Source of the DNA: an uncultured Bacteroides sp.
GTDB taxonomy: Bacteria > Bacteroidota > Bacteroidia > Bacteroidales > Bacteroidaceae
Length of the DNA stretch: 64,000 nucleotides
Assembly (NCBI GenBank): GCA_900766195.1
Contig: CAAFUN010000147.1
Location: 1,693-65,692 of the forward strand
Direction: 5' to 3'
In this document: positions 40,760-49,935 of the stretch, one piece after another
How positions within the stretch are numbered: the first letter of the stretch is position 1
How the letters are laid out: each line of letters starts with the position of its first letter
The notes under the pieces: model-generated
Told to the model about the DNA's origin: nothing
Seen by the model: only the letters and a program-made list of their open reading frames with translations
The model's database searches: none
Position numbers and translations under genes: made by a program

Positions 40760-41113
40760 ATGATTAACAATGAACCTTTTAAAAAACAATTTCCGGACGT
40801 ACAAGTGCAAAAAATAACTACCAATGGAGTGCTAGGTCGGGCAGCAATAGAGCAAAAAGTATTGTTTTTGGTTACCGTGCAAGAAACAGGCCTATTATAC
40901 TATAGTTATTCAGTTAACGAACTCACTATTTTTACAAGTAAGATCTTTAAAGAAAAATTGGATGCAATGATAGTGGGAACAGTATTGACTTGTCCTCGCA
41001 CTGGCACAAAGTGGACTGTTGTCTCCTCACCCGTACTTGAAGGCCGCGAAATGAGTTTTTTAGCTGAGTATAATGGGCGTCGTGCACCCTATCATTGCTC
41101 TTATTTTATGTAA
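40760..41113 (+). CDS. Phage early hypothetical protein
   Basis: Start placed at MINNEP after an A-rich leader. Confidence 0.65.
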   Translation: MINNEPFKKQFPDVQVQKITTNGVLGRAAIEQKVLFLVTVQETGLLYYSYSVNELTIFTSKIFKEKLDAMIVGTVLTCPRTGTKWTVVSSPVLEGREMSFLAEYNGRRAPYHCSYFM

Positions 41114-41126
41114 AAGAATAGAAATT

Positions 41127-41429
41127 ATGGAAAAGTACTTTATAAAATTCGATGGAGGTGTAAACCCCAAAAACAAGGCAGAGCATGAAGCTCATGAACT
41201 GGCATCAGGCATAGGAGATACCTTAGTTAACGGAGCTGACGCTATATCCAGCCTTGTTAAAGAGTTCGAGGTAGAACTATCTAAAATCAATGCAGCAAAC
41301 AAACGTTGCTCTGATATTAAAACATACACATGGGAGAATGATCATACCACAAACATCAGCGTGGGTGGGAATACTAACCGTTCGGGCGTATGCTATCTAC
41401 GAATATATACTGTAAAAAATGAAATATAG
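41127..41429 (+). CDS. Phage early hypothetical protein
   Basis: Start placed at MEKYF after an A-rich leader. Confidence 0.65.
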   Translation: MEKYFIKFDGGVNPKNKAEHEAHELASGIGDTLVNGADAISSLVKEFEVELSKINAANKRCSDIKTYTWENDHTTNISVGGNTNRSGVCYLRIYTVKNEI

Positions 41430-41449
41430 TATGAAAAAGACTTGGACTT

Positions 41450-41992
41450 ATGAGTAATCCACATCCTTATAAAAAGCATGCCGTTGTTGCCGTCAATCCT
41501 GATGGCAGTGTAGGCGGATATTTTGATAGTATAAAACAGGCTCATGATCTATATGGCATGGACAGACACAGCATCACGGACAGTTGCAAGGTTGGCTCTA
41601 TTTGCCGAGGTTTCCGCTGGTACTATGAAGAAGACTTTCGAGAGATATATCTAGATAAAGATAAATTGAAATATACTCTTGATCCTGATCGAGATCGAAT
41701 AACATATCATTTTAAAAAAGGACACCATCATGGTAATGGATGGAAAAATAGATCTGAAGAATCTAGAACGAAATTTAGAGAAGAAATGAAGAAAGTTGCT
41801 ATTAAGAATCTGTCTCATCCTCGATTTGGTAAAGGTCGTCCTCAAAAAGCTGTTAAGAATATTACTACAGGCGAAATATATAGCAGTATAAAAGAATGTT
41901 CGACAAAAACTGGCATCCCATATCCGTCTGTTATTAGATCTCTTAAACTCGGTAAACCCACGAACGGCTTTCGATTTGATTATTCACACTGA
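41450..41992 (+). CDS. Protein with two NUMOD1/IENR1-like DNA-binding domains
   Basis: FDSIKQAHDLYGMDRHSITDSCK...GFRWYY and YSSIKECSTKTGIPYPSVIRSLK...GFRFDY; no HNH or GIY-YIG motif. Confidence 0.75.
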   Translation: MSNPHPYKKHAVVAVNPDGSVGGYFDSIKQAHDLYGMDRHSITDSCKVGSICRGFRWYYEEDFREIYLDKDKLKYTLDPDRDRITYHFKKGHHHGNGWKNRSEESRTKFREEMKKVAIKNLSHPRFGKGRPQKAVKNITTGEIYSSIKECSTKTGIPYPSVIRSLKLGKPTNGFRFDYSH

Positions 41993-42016
41993 AAAAAGAA
42001 AGATAAATAATATTTC

Positions 42017-42562
42017 ATGAAAATATACGTAGCGAGCAGCTGGCGCAATCAATACCAGCAAAAAGTAGTAGAACTACTTCGTCAATTGGGACATGAAGTT
42101 TATGACTTCATGAACCCACCGGCACGAACCGGATTCAAATGGTCTGAAGTTGATCCGAACTGGAAGAGCTGGACACCGCCACAATGGCGTAAGCTCTTAG
42201 ATCACCCTATTGCAAATGAGGGCTTTAATTCAGACTTCAATGCAATGAAGTGGGCTGATGCCTGCGTAATGGTGCTGCCATGCGGTAGATCGGCCAACAC
42301 GGAAGCCGGCTGGATGGCCGGCAAAGGGAAACGAGTCTTTGTATATTGCCCGGAAATGATTGAACCGGAGCTGATGTACAAAATATATGATGGCATACTC
42401 TGTTCGGAAGCTGAGCTGATTGAACAGTTCACGCCTCACACCTGCCTTGATTGTACAGCCTTTGGCGAATGCTCACTGCAGGGAGCTAAAGGCTGTACAA
42501 TCAAGGCAGGTGAAGACTTTGAGTTTTATAATAAGAAATTAGTAACCGAAAAAACGGCTTAA
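42017..42562 (+). CDS. Nucleoside 2-deoxyribosyltransferase-like (N-glycosidase fold) protein
   Basis: MKIYVASSWRN; D...ADACVMVLPCGRSANTEAGW with the NDT-type catalytic Glu; short Cys-rich tail. Confidence 0.72.
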   Translation: MKIYVASSWRNQYQQKVVELLRQLGHEVYDFMNPPARTGFKWSEVDPNWKSWTPPQWRKLLDHPIANEGFNSDFNAMKWADACVMVLPCGRSANTEAGWMAGKGKRVFVYCPEMIEPELMYKIYDGILCSEAELIEQFTPHTCLDCTAFGECSLQGAKGCTIKAGEDFEFYNKKLVTEKTA

Positions 42563-42564
42563 TC

Positions 42565-42951
42565 ATGGGTATGTCACATTGGAATAATACGGAAAAACAG
42601 TTTGTCCGGGACAATGCCGACAAACTGACTATTGAGCAGATGAGTGATAAAATAGGTCGTTCATACACGGCCGTTAAATTATTCCTACACCGCAATCGCA
42701 TTCCGGTGGGGACAACGGTAAAGCGGAATATGACGCTTGAGCTTATCCGTCTACGATATAAGAATCCGGAGGACTTCTATCCGTCTAAAGCCTTTTATGA
42801 GACGTTGAAGTTCACCCCTCAACGGTGGTGGGACTTATATCTAGGAAAGAAGCAAATTTCCGAAACAGAATATATCGCCTTGTGCGATTATCTGGGAGTC
42901 ACTCTCCCGGAAGCCTTTGAAACTCGACAACTGACTTTTCTTGAAGATTAA
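42565..42951 (+). CDS. Phage HTH protein (Myb-like plus XRE-like)
   Basis: WNNTEKQFV...IGRSYTAVK and RWWDLYLGKKQISETEY motifs. Confidence 0.65.
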   Translation: MGMSHWNNTEKQFVRDNADKLTIEQMSDKIGRSYTAVKLFLHRNRIPVGTTVKRNMTLELIRLRYKNPEDFYPSKAFYETLKFTPQRWWDLYLGKKQISETEYIALCDYLGVTLPEAFETRQLTFLED

Positions 42952-42956
42952 TAAGA

Positions 42957-45900
42957 ATGGATAACAAAATCATAGAACGTATCAAGGACGCAAACGACAT
43001 TGTAGATGTCATTTCGGAGTTTGTCACCCTGCGCAAAGCAGGAGTAAATTATATAGGTGTGTGTCCGTTTCACGCAGACACACACCCTTCAATGTCTGTC
43101 AGCAGAGCAAAGCAGATCTATAAATGCTTCGTTTGCGAACAGGGTGGAGATGTAATTAACTTCGTCCAGGAATACGAGAAAAAAACATTTTCCGAGGCTT
43201 TGGCCTATCTTGGAAAACGCGTAGGAATAGACTACCAGCCGACAGATCTTACTCCGGAACAACAGGAACACAACAAACTTATTGAGAGCCTGCGTGTGGC
43301 CAATCGTGCAGCTGCCGATCATTATCACGAGCAGCTGCAGGAAGCTTCGGTTTATCTTAAAGGCCGCGGCTACGATCTCGAAGATGCTGCAGTTTGCAAT
43401 ACTCTCAATCTGTTTTGCGTAGGCTTTGCCCCTAAAGGCAATCTGTTTAAAAAGTGGGCTTCCAGTGCCGGGTATGCTCACAACAAGCTGCTTGCTGCAG
43501 GACTTCTCAAGCAAGGCGAGCGTGGCAGTTATGATGCCTTCCAGGACAGACTTTTATTTCCTTTTTTCGATCTCCATGGTAACGTTGTCGGATTTACCGG
43601 CCGGTTGATTGAGCCGAAGGAAGGAAGCCCCAAATACAGTAACACCGGAGACACGCTGCTATTCACAAAAGGAAAGCATATCTATGGTTTGTACCAGGCT
43701 AAACAGGCTATAGCTAGGATGGGATTTGCGTATCTAGTAGAAGGTCAAATGGATGCCTTATCTCTTCATCTTGTCGGTGTGTCCAATGCCTTTGCCGGGT
43801 CCGGGACAGCCTTTACAGAGGAGCAAATAAGAACGGTATCCCGTTTTACGTCCGATATCGTATTAGCCTATGATGCTGACAGTGCCGGCATTAAAGCCTC
43901 GCTAAAACATGCGGAATCATTCCTGCGACAAAAGTTCAACATCAAATGTGTGACGCTTCCGGACGGACAGGATCCGGACAACATCGCTCAGGAGATGAAA
44001 GCTGATACAGCCAAATATCTCGTTAACAACACGGTCGATTTTGTGACCTACTTCTACAATGTCCTGCTAGGCAGTGACCTCGATGTAGATCACAAAGAAG
44101 AGGTGCTGAATGAGATACTCAAGCTTATCGGCCAGATTGAAAGCGAAACGAAGAGATTGGAATATTGTCGATTATTAGAGAAGCTGTCTGATAATAATTT
44201 AGAGGTGTTACGGAAACGCTCTTCTTCTATTTATAATCAGCTCCCGGCTCTTCCGGATCATGCTCAAATGGCAGATGGAATATACGGTCTTGATGCATTG
44301 GAAGATGTAGCAGACGAAGATGAGGACTGTTTTCTCACTGCGGATTACGATACCTTTCTCAAAGCTTACGGAGAGAGCCCTACGGTCTATCTAAAAGGAG
44401 TGTTAACCAGGACACAGGTTCAGGAGCTTCGCCGTGCGCACGGCCAGTTCTGCACTAACTATGCAGAGCTGGGTCTAACATCAACCGGACAAGAAAAAGA
44501 CTTTACAGCCTCTCTTGTGGCCTGTACTCGTGCAGGAATGACTGTCATGGTAGAAAGCGAATCTACAGATACAGAAGATGATGAAGAGGCAGAAGAACAG
44601 GCCAATACAAAAAGAAGGCTTCGCTGTGGTATCAGTCCTGCTGATAGAGACACCTTTATCAACTACTACGTGTATATGCATTGCTCCTTTCTTGCCGGAT
44701 ATGGGGCTGATCGAACGCCTTTTATAGAACGCTGTGCCGAGCTGATCAGTTATTGTTCAGAATCGCAACGCCAGGTCAATATGGACTTATTTAAGTCTTG
44801 GCTAGGCCTTACTAAATCGGCTTTAACGGCTATCTTAAAGCCTTATCTGGACAAACAGAAATCGCGCATTGCCATATCTTCGCAACGCCAGGATGATCTT
44901 GACGATTCCTTGGTAGAGCTGGATCCGGAAGAAGAGATACCCTTGTATGTCAAGGAAAGCAAGGAGTATTATGAAATGTACCGGGAAAAGAACTATTACC
45001 CTCGCCTCAATAACGAAGGCGAACCGGTGTGCTACGTCTTTGTTGAAAACAGACAAAGCCGGCCGGTGGGAGATTTTTATATGGAACCGCTGCTGCATAT
45101 CTACAGCGACAATAAAGACGAAAACAAGCGTGTGGTTCGCATCAACCGCCGATTCTATAAAAAGCCTCTTTACGTGGAGCTACCGTCAAAAGCCTTCACC
45201 AAGCTTTCCACCATGGAAGATGAACTTATTATGCTAGAGGCCGTAAACTTCTGCAATGGAGACGATAAGCAGTGGCGAAAAATCAAAGAATACATGAGTA
45301 GACGCTATGTCTATTGCACCGAGATCACTACCTATGGCAATCAGCAGGAAGACGGTATGTCCGTCAAAGAAGATCAGAACTTCTTTGCCTTTTCAAACGG
45401 CATCTACCACCAGGTTAATGACGAATGGCTGTTTGAGCCGGTTAACGAGCTCGGCATTGCAGTTCACAACAAACAGAACTACTACCTACCGGCATTCAGT
45501 GCTATATATGCCGGAAGCGGTCGGAAAAACGATAAATACGAAATTATATCAACCCTTATGTATCGGGATATCCCATCTGCCAAACAAGTCACTTTCGAGA
45601 CGTGGGCCAGTCTGATGGATCAAGTTTATAAAATCAACGACAACGGTAAATGGGCATTACTTTTCTCTATCATGTGCGCTTTCCGGAGCAATATACACAG
45701 CCTAGACCGACTGTTTACCGCTCCCTTCTTCATGGGGCCTATGTCTTCCGGAAAGACACAGATTGCTATCTCTATCCGCTCCCTATTTATATCTCCAAAG
45801 GTTCCCATCTTTAACCTGAATATCGGAACAGACGCTGCCATGAGCACACTAATGGGCACCTTCAGAGACGTGCCTGTAGTGCTAGACGAATACAACAACA

Positions 45901-46991
45901 AAGACATTTCTGATATCAAGTTCCAGGCACTTAAAGGTATCGTATATGACGGTGACGGCCGACAAAAGCGGAAAGGTACCGGCAGCAAGGAAATTGAGAA
46001 TGATAAAGTATATGCTCCTGTCGTAATATGCGGACAGGAAACACCGCAACGTGATGATAATGCCCTGATGAGTCGTATCATTGTGTGCGAAGTCCCTAAG
46101 CCTTCAGGCCCACGTAGCCGCGAAGAGATTGAAATGTTTGAAAAGCTCAAAGAAATAGAGGATCCGGACAAAGTAGGACTGAGCAACGTACTGCTCGAGA
46201 TACTGCAGCTTCGGCCCCTGGTGATGAAGCATTTTAAGCGAATGAAACAAGTGTGCTACATGGAGCTGAAAGATGCCATATCCAACGTAGGCGAAATAGA
46301 CCGACTTATGAAAACGGCTTCTTTGTTCCTGGCCACCTGCAAGCTTTTAGAAGAGCAAACTACGCTGAAGCTTCCATTCACATATAAAGAGTTCTTTCAA
46401 ATAGCCATCGACAAAATAAAGAGCCAGGTAGAGTTAATTAGCAAGTCTGATAAGCTGGCCACCTTCTTCAAGGCCATGGACGTAATGATTGATACCAAGG
46501 CCGTATTGCAAGGCCGTGAGTTCTCTATCGAAGAGAAACAGAAGCTCACCATTACACTCTCTAAAAAAGAGAAAAAAGAGGTTGTTTTGCCTCCTGCTAC
46601 CCGCGTTCTCTACCTGCGTGTAAGTAATATATATTCGCTATACACAAAGTCTTCATACAATAAAGAAGAGACTACGCAAAGCACGATTGAACAAAATCTC
46701 CGCTCGCACCCGTCATATCTCGGTTCCGTGTCCGGGAAACGTTTCGATTGGAATGAGGTAGCAGAAGTACCTTCCGGAGAATTTACCGGCACAAACGAAG
46801 AAAGCGGTGATCCTCAATCAAAAGCAGACAACCGCGTAACCAAACGCCTGGTACCGTTCGGCATCAACACCAGTTGTATAGCTCTAAATTATAACATCTT
46901 TAGAGATTTATACGACATCGATCTAGAACGAAAGTCAAGCCAGGAAAACAGCAACAATAACGAGACGGAAGCACAACCGCTCCCGTTCTAA
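42957..46991 (+). CDS. DnaG-type primase fused to a C-terminal P-loop NTPase (helicase)
   Basis: CHC2 zinc finger CPFH...CFVC; Toprim EGQMD and YDAD; Walker A GPMSSGKT; Walker B VVLDE; SR arginine-finger-like motif. Confidence 0.9.
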   Translation: MDNKIIERIKDANDIVDVISEFVTLRKAGVNYIGVCPFHADTHPSMSVSRAKQIYKCFVCEQGGDVINFVQEYEKKTFSEALAYLGKRVGIDYQPTDLTPEQQEHNKLIESLRVANRAAADHYHEQLQEASVYLKGRGYDLEDAAVCNTLNLFCVGFAPKGNLFKKWASSAGYAHNKLLAAGLLKQGERGSYDAFQDRLLFPFFDLHGNVVGFTGRLIEPKEGSPKYSNTGDTLLFTKGKHIYGLYQAKQAIARMGFAYLVEGQMDALSLHLVGVSNAFAGSGTAFTEEQIRTVSRFTSDIVLAYDADSAGIKASLKHAESFLRQKFNIKCVTLPDGQDPDNIAQEMKADTAKYLVNNTVDFVTYFYNVLLGSDLDVDHKEEVLNEILKLIGQIESETKRLEYCRLLEKLSDNNLEVLRKRSSSIYNQLPALPDHAQMADGIYGLDALEDVADEDEDCFLTADYDTFLKAYGESPTVYLKGVLTRTQVQELRRAHGQFCTNYAELGLTSTGQEKDFTASLVACTRAGMTVMVESESTDTEDDEEAEEQANTKRRLRCGISPADRDTFINYYVYMHCSFLAGYGADRTPFIERCAELISYCSESQRQVNMDLFKSWLGLTKSALTAILKPYLDKQKSRIAISSQRQDDLDDSLVELDPEEEIPLYVKESKEYYEMYREKNYYPRLNNEGEPVCYVFVENRQSRPVGDFYMEPLLHIYSDNKDENKRVVRINRRFYKKPLYVELPSKAFTKLSTMEDELIMLEAVNFCNGDDKQWRKIKEYMSRRYVYCTEITTYGNQQEDGMSVKEDQNFFAFSNGIYHQVNDEWLFEPVNELGIAVHNKQNYYLPAFSAIYAGSGRKNDKYEIISTLMYRDIPSAKQVTFETWASLMDQVYKINDNGKWALLFSIMCAFRSNIHSLDRLFTAPFFMGPMSSGKTQIAISIRSLFISPKVPIFNLNIGTDAAMSTLMGTFRDVPVVLDEYNNKDISDIKFQALKGIVYDGDGRQKRKGTGSKEIENDKVYAPVVICGQETPQRDDNALMSRIIVCEVPKPSGPRSREEIEMFEKLKEIEDPDKVGLSNVLLEILQLRPLVMKHFKRMKQVCYMELKDAISNVGEIDRLMKTASLFLATCKLLEEQTTLKLPFTYKEFFQIAIDKIKSQVELISKSDKLATFFKAMDVMIDTKAVLQGREFSIEEKQKLTITLSKKEKKEVVLPPATRVLYLRVSNIYSLYTKSSYNKEETTQSTIEQNLRSHPSYLGSVSGKRFDWNEVAEVPSGEFTGTNEESGDPQSKADNRVTKRLVPFGINTSCIALNYNIFRDLYDIDLERKSSQENSNNNETEAQPLPF

Positions 46992-47013
46992 ATATTAATC
47001 AATTAAACAATTT

Positions 47014-47646
47014 ATGAAAATGAAAACAACGGATGAAAAAGCAGGAGAGTTTTCCGCTTCTCTTAGCAATCAAAGTGGGACGTACGCTAAAGGCGAAATT
47101 GAAACGGCCTTTGTTTGCGGATATAATAAAGCCTTAGAAGAGATAGGCTCTAATGCTTTAGCTTGCATCATGGAGCGTAAAAGACAAATTGAAATGGAAG
47201 GTTTTGATTTAAAAAGGGATGATAGTTACACAGACGAGGAACTCCCTTGTCTTGCAGCTTCTTATTTAATGGCTCCACTTTACAGAAAAACAAAGGTGAT
47301 TCCCCCCTATTTTCCAAGAAGATGGGACTGGTCTTGGTGGAAACCAGCTAAAGATAATTCTGTAAAAGAACGACTCCGGGAATTGAGTAAAAGCGGTGCT
47401 CTTATATTAGCTGAGATGGATCGACTCGTGAGAAGCGAAAATAATGTCGAGGCCGAGGACTATAGTAGATATGGTCACACACTCTTCATCTCACAAGATG
47501 AATACTACGCAATCAAAAACTCAATCAGCTCTATTCATCAAGTAATAGGAGCGTTTAACCATGAAGGCATGGCTAAAACCAGACGGCTCGAATTTGCAAA
47601 GAAGCTTGAGAATTTAGTTGAAAGATATGAAACAGAAAGGAGATAA
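47014..47646 (+). CDS. Conserved phage helical-domain protein (ERxRQxxxEG...DD...WWKP...GALILAE family)
   Basis: ERKRQIEMEGFDLKRDD, WDWSWWKP, RELSKSGALILAEMDRL motif set, recognisable from many phages. Confidence 0.7.
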   Translation: MKMKTTDEKAGEFSASLSNQSGTYAKGEIETAFVCGYNKALEEIGSNALACIMERKRQIEMEGFDLKRDDSYTDEELPCLAASYLMAPLYRKTKVIPPYFPRRWDWSWWKPAKDNSVKERLRELSKSGALILAEMDRLVRSENNVEAEDYSRYGHTLFISQDEYYAIKNSISSIHQVIGAFNHEGMAKTRRLEFAKKLENLVERYETERR

Positions 47647-47649
47647 AGT

Positions 47650-48165
47650 ATGTATTACAAAATAGAAAATAAGAACTGCAAAGTTTATAAAGAGTTACGC
47701 GCTATGCGTGAAAACGAACTTTTAATTGAAGAAGCAAACCGAAAGGCTCTTGCCGAAAGGATATCACATACTTATGAAAAATTTTATGGATATCATGGGC
47801 AACAAAACATAAACCGGGTTTCTACCTATATTGGGTTTCGTTTTAATGAATCTGATAAAATAGACAAGTCAGTTTGGGTTCCCTCTAAAGATAAACCAGG
47901 CATATACCTCCCAAATAATAGAACTAAAGCGGGAAGAGAAATGAACTTATTTCTCCGCACATTAAAGAAAGGTTGCCTTTGGGAGGTATGGGAGATACTT
48001 GACGCGCCGGAGATTGGCTGTTTTCAATTCCCTTATGTCGATATCATTGGCGATATTATCATTATATATTTAGACGACAAGCAGGAGCCTAAAGATAAAA
48101 ATGTGATTGAAATAACCAAGAAGGAATTTTATTCGATTCTACGCCCTGATGGTGGAGAAAAATGA
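47650..48165 (+). CDS. Phage hypothetical protein
   Basis: Coupled ORF; PNNRTKAGR and IEITKKEF motifs. Confidence 0.7.
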   Translation: MYYKIENKNCKVYKELRAMRENELLIEEANRKALAERISHTYEKFYGYHGQQNINRVSTYIGFRFNESDKIDKSVWVPSKDKPGIYLPNNRTKAGREMNLFLRTLKKGCLWEVWEILDAPEIGCFQFPYVDIIGDIIIIYLDDKQEPKDKNVIEITKKEFYSILRPDGGEK

Positions 48166-48192
48166 AATAGTAGAAAGTATCACAGTATTATA

Positions 48193-48236
48193 GAGCGGTG
48201 TTCACCAGTCCGGATTGAACACCGCTCAATCTTTTA
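48193..48236 (+). terminator. Terminator of the early/replication operon
   Basis: gagcggtgttca / tgaacaccgctc 12-bp stem followed by aatctttt. Confidence 0.7.
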
Positions 48237-48244
48237 TGTACCCT

Positions 48245-48314
48245 CACGCCGAAAGGGGTATTCTTGCAGACATGCCGAAAGGGGTATTATCGTAAACACA
48301 CCGAACGGGGTATC
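48245..48314. repeat. Three 26-bp tandem repeats
   Basis: cacgccgaaaggggtatt 48245, catgccgaaaggggtatt 48271, cacaccgaacggggtatc 48297. Confidence 0.85.
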
Positions 48315-48424
48315 CCTTCCCTTCTCTTTCAACTCTTATTTTTACATCCCCCGCACCCCCTGAATTAAAAAAGAGACTTAAAGAAAAGAACGCGCGAATT
48401 GAAAGAAAAAAAACGCAAACTACC

Positions 48425-48776
48425 ATCCAACAGTCCAACAGTCCAACAAACGGAATTTCTTTCAATCCATAGATAAGAGATAATGGGCTCATATATAGTA
48501 TATTATATATTTTAAATGAAATAATATATATATATAATACGTGTTGGACTGTTGGTTTTTGTTGGACGGTGTTGGACTGTTGGTTTTTGAGGGTTCTTTT
48601 CGTTTGTGGACACTTCCTCTTCTCCGTCCAACAAAAAGATTGCTTTTCCCTCTTTGTTGGACGAAAATATGAGCGTCCAACATTCATTTTTAAGTGCTCA
48701 CATTTGTGTATATCATTAACAATCAATATCTTTACACTTTATAAAATCCGCGTGTTGGACTGTTGGACGGTTGGAC
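48425..48776. repeat. Candidate phage replication origin: about 14 GTCCAACA/TGTTGGAC iterons around an AT-rich core
   Basis: Forward 48425, 48433, 48441, 48626, 48675; inverted 48542, 48560, 48570, 48655, 48753, 48761, 48769 plus two partial copies; very AT-rich segment 48491-48539; downstream of the primase-helicase. Confidence 0.8.
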
Positions 48777-48824
48777 GGAAAAAATACGCAGAAACTCTAT
48801 TCACAACGAAAAACGGAAAAAGCT

Positions 48825-49349
48825 ATGATGGTTACGAAAATCACGATAACACCCTATCTCGTGGAATATCTCTTCGGAAAATTCAACAATGGAGCGGAAG
48901 AACCTATCCATTTCCCTGATGACTCCGATATATATCACGTTATCTGGCAGCTCATGATGAAGCGGCCTAAAGATTCCTCTTTTGTAGATACCGGCAATTT
49001 GCCTATTTACCTGCCTAACAGGCGCGAGGGCAAAGATCCTAAGACGTACAACTACCTGTCGCCACGCTCGGCAGATATCATAGAAAAGCATGTGAAGCGA
49101 ATGTTTAATGAAGAGCTTCGCTCGCAGCTCTCAGACAATCGTGAACGTGGCCGGATGTATCAAGACATTGAGGTAGTTCATCAATTCGTATGCAACTATG
49201 GAATTGAATCTATCAGCGAAGACGCACTATTGAAAAACTTCTATCGTTGGCGCGAAAACATCCGGAAAATGCGCACGAGACGCAATTATGAAAGAAGGTT
49301 AAATAACGTAGGAAAAATGTCCGACCAAAAGGGCTGTTTTGTCCGCTAA
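48825..49349 (+). CDS. Putative late-gene transcription regulator
   Basis: Start MMVTKITITPYL; C-terminal HTH-like HQFVCNYGIESISEDALLKNFYRWR with basic tail; sits between the origin and the structural operon. Confidence 0.6.
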   Translation: MMVTKITITPYLVEYLFGKFNNGAEEPIHFPDDSDIYHVIWQLMMKRPKDSSFVDTGNLPIYLPNRREGKDPKTYNYLSPRSADIIEKHVKRMFNEELRSQLSDNRERGRMYQDIEVVHQFVCNYGIESISEDALLKNFYRWRENIRKMRTRRNYERRLNNVGKMSDQKGCFVR

Positions 49350-49397
49350 CGTGGGAAAAAATGTCCTGCCTGTGGCGTAAAAGCGTCCTACCTATGG
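49319..49397 (+). repeat. Four GTCC-core direct repeats with 22-bp period
   Basis: gtcc at 49319, 49341, 49363, 49385; tgg about one turn downstream in the last three units. Confidence 0.75.
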
Positions 49398-49445
49398 CGA
49401 ACTTATTGATTTACAAATGTTTAAAACGTTAATATCATTAAAAAT

Positions 49446-49787
49446 ATGAGAGAGCTATCAACCATTATTCGGGTTCATCACCTAGGGCTTAATAAAGACT
49501 ATGAGTTCCTTGCCGATAAATTCACTTTTACCCCTACCGCATCCGATAGCGATGCCGGCATAAGTTATGATTGTTCGCTCCAGAAAACGATAGAGCTGCC
49601 TGGAGCTGATTCACTCCGTCAGTTCTCTCAGCCACAACGATGTATTGTCACATTTACGGACTCTTCCGGACGCAATATAAAAGTAGGTTCTGCTGACATT
49701 CCTGCTCGAATATCAGTTAACCCCTATTTATCTGCCGCTCAAATAACCATTAGCTGCCGGCAGATTAATTCTCCATATATTATGTAG
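49446..49787 (+). CDS. Phage hypothetical protein
   Basis: 113-aa beta-rich ORF before the head genes. Confidence 0.7.
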   Translation: MRELSTIIRVHHLGLNKDYEFLADKFTFTPTASDSDAGISYDCSLQKTIELPGADSLRQFSQPQRCIVTFTDSSGRNIKVGSADIPARISVNPYLSAAQITISCRQINSPYIM

Positions 49788-49831
49788 TGATACATTTTTT
49801 CTGTTTTTATTTTTCATGTTTGTAAGTTTGG

Positions 49832-49863
49832 GGCCTATATATAAATGTATATAGGCCTTTTTT
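49832..49863 (+). terminator. Intrinsic terminator upstream of the late promoter
   Basis: ggcctatatat / gtatataggcc stem plus T6. Confidence 0.7.
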
Positions 49864-49884
49864 ATAAGCATTCTGCCCATATTA

Positions 49885-49920
49885 CGTCCTTCACGGGCCT
49901 ACTTCCGCCAGCTATCTTTG
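49885..49920 (+). promoter_or_regulatory. Putative late promoter 1 (CGTCCTT-N21-TATCTTTG)
   Basis: Consensus -7 box; GTCC starts 27 nt upstream of it, the same geometry as at 58237. Confidence 0.65.
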
Positions 49921-49935
49921 CTTAAAAGAAATTCA

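Noticed and set aside
48245..48314. Possible mini-CRISPR array
   Set aside because: Repeats are 18 bp with only 8-bp spacers and no cas genes are present; this is a tandem repeat.
48244..48919. ORFs 48244-48726 (-), 48489-48683 (-) and 48569-48919 (+)
   Set aside because: They span iterons and an AT-only tract, have biased composition and include antisense frames; most likely non-coding.
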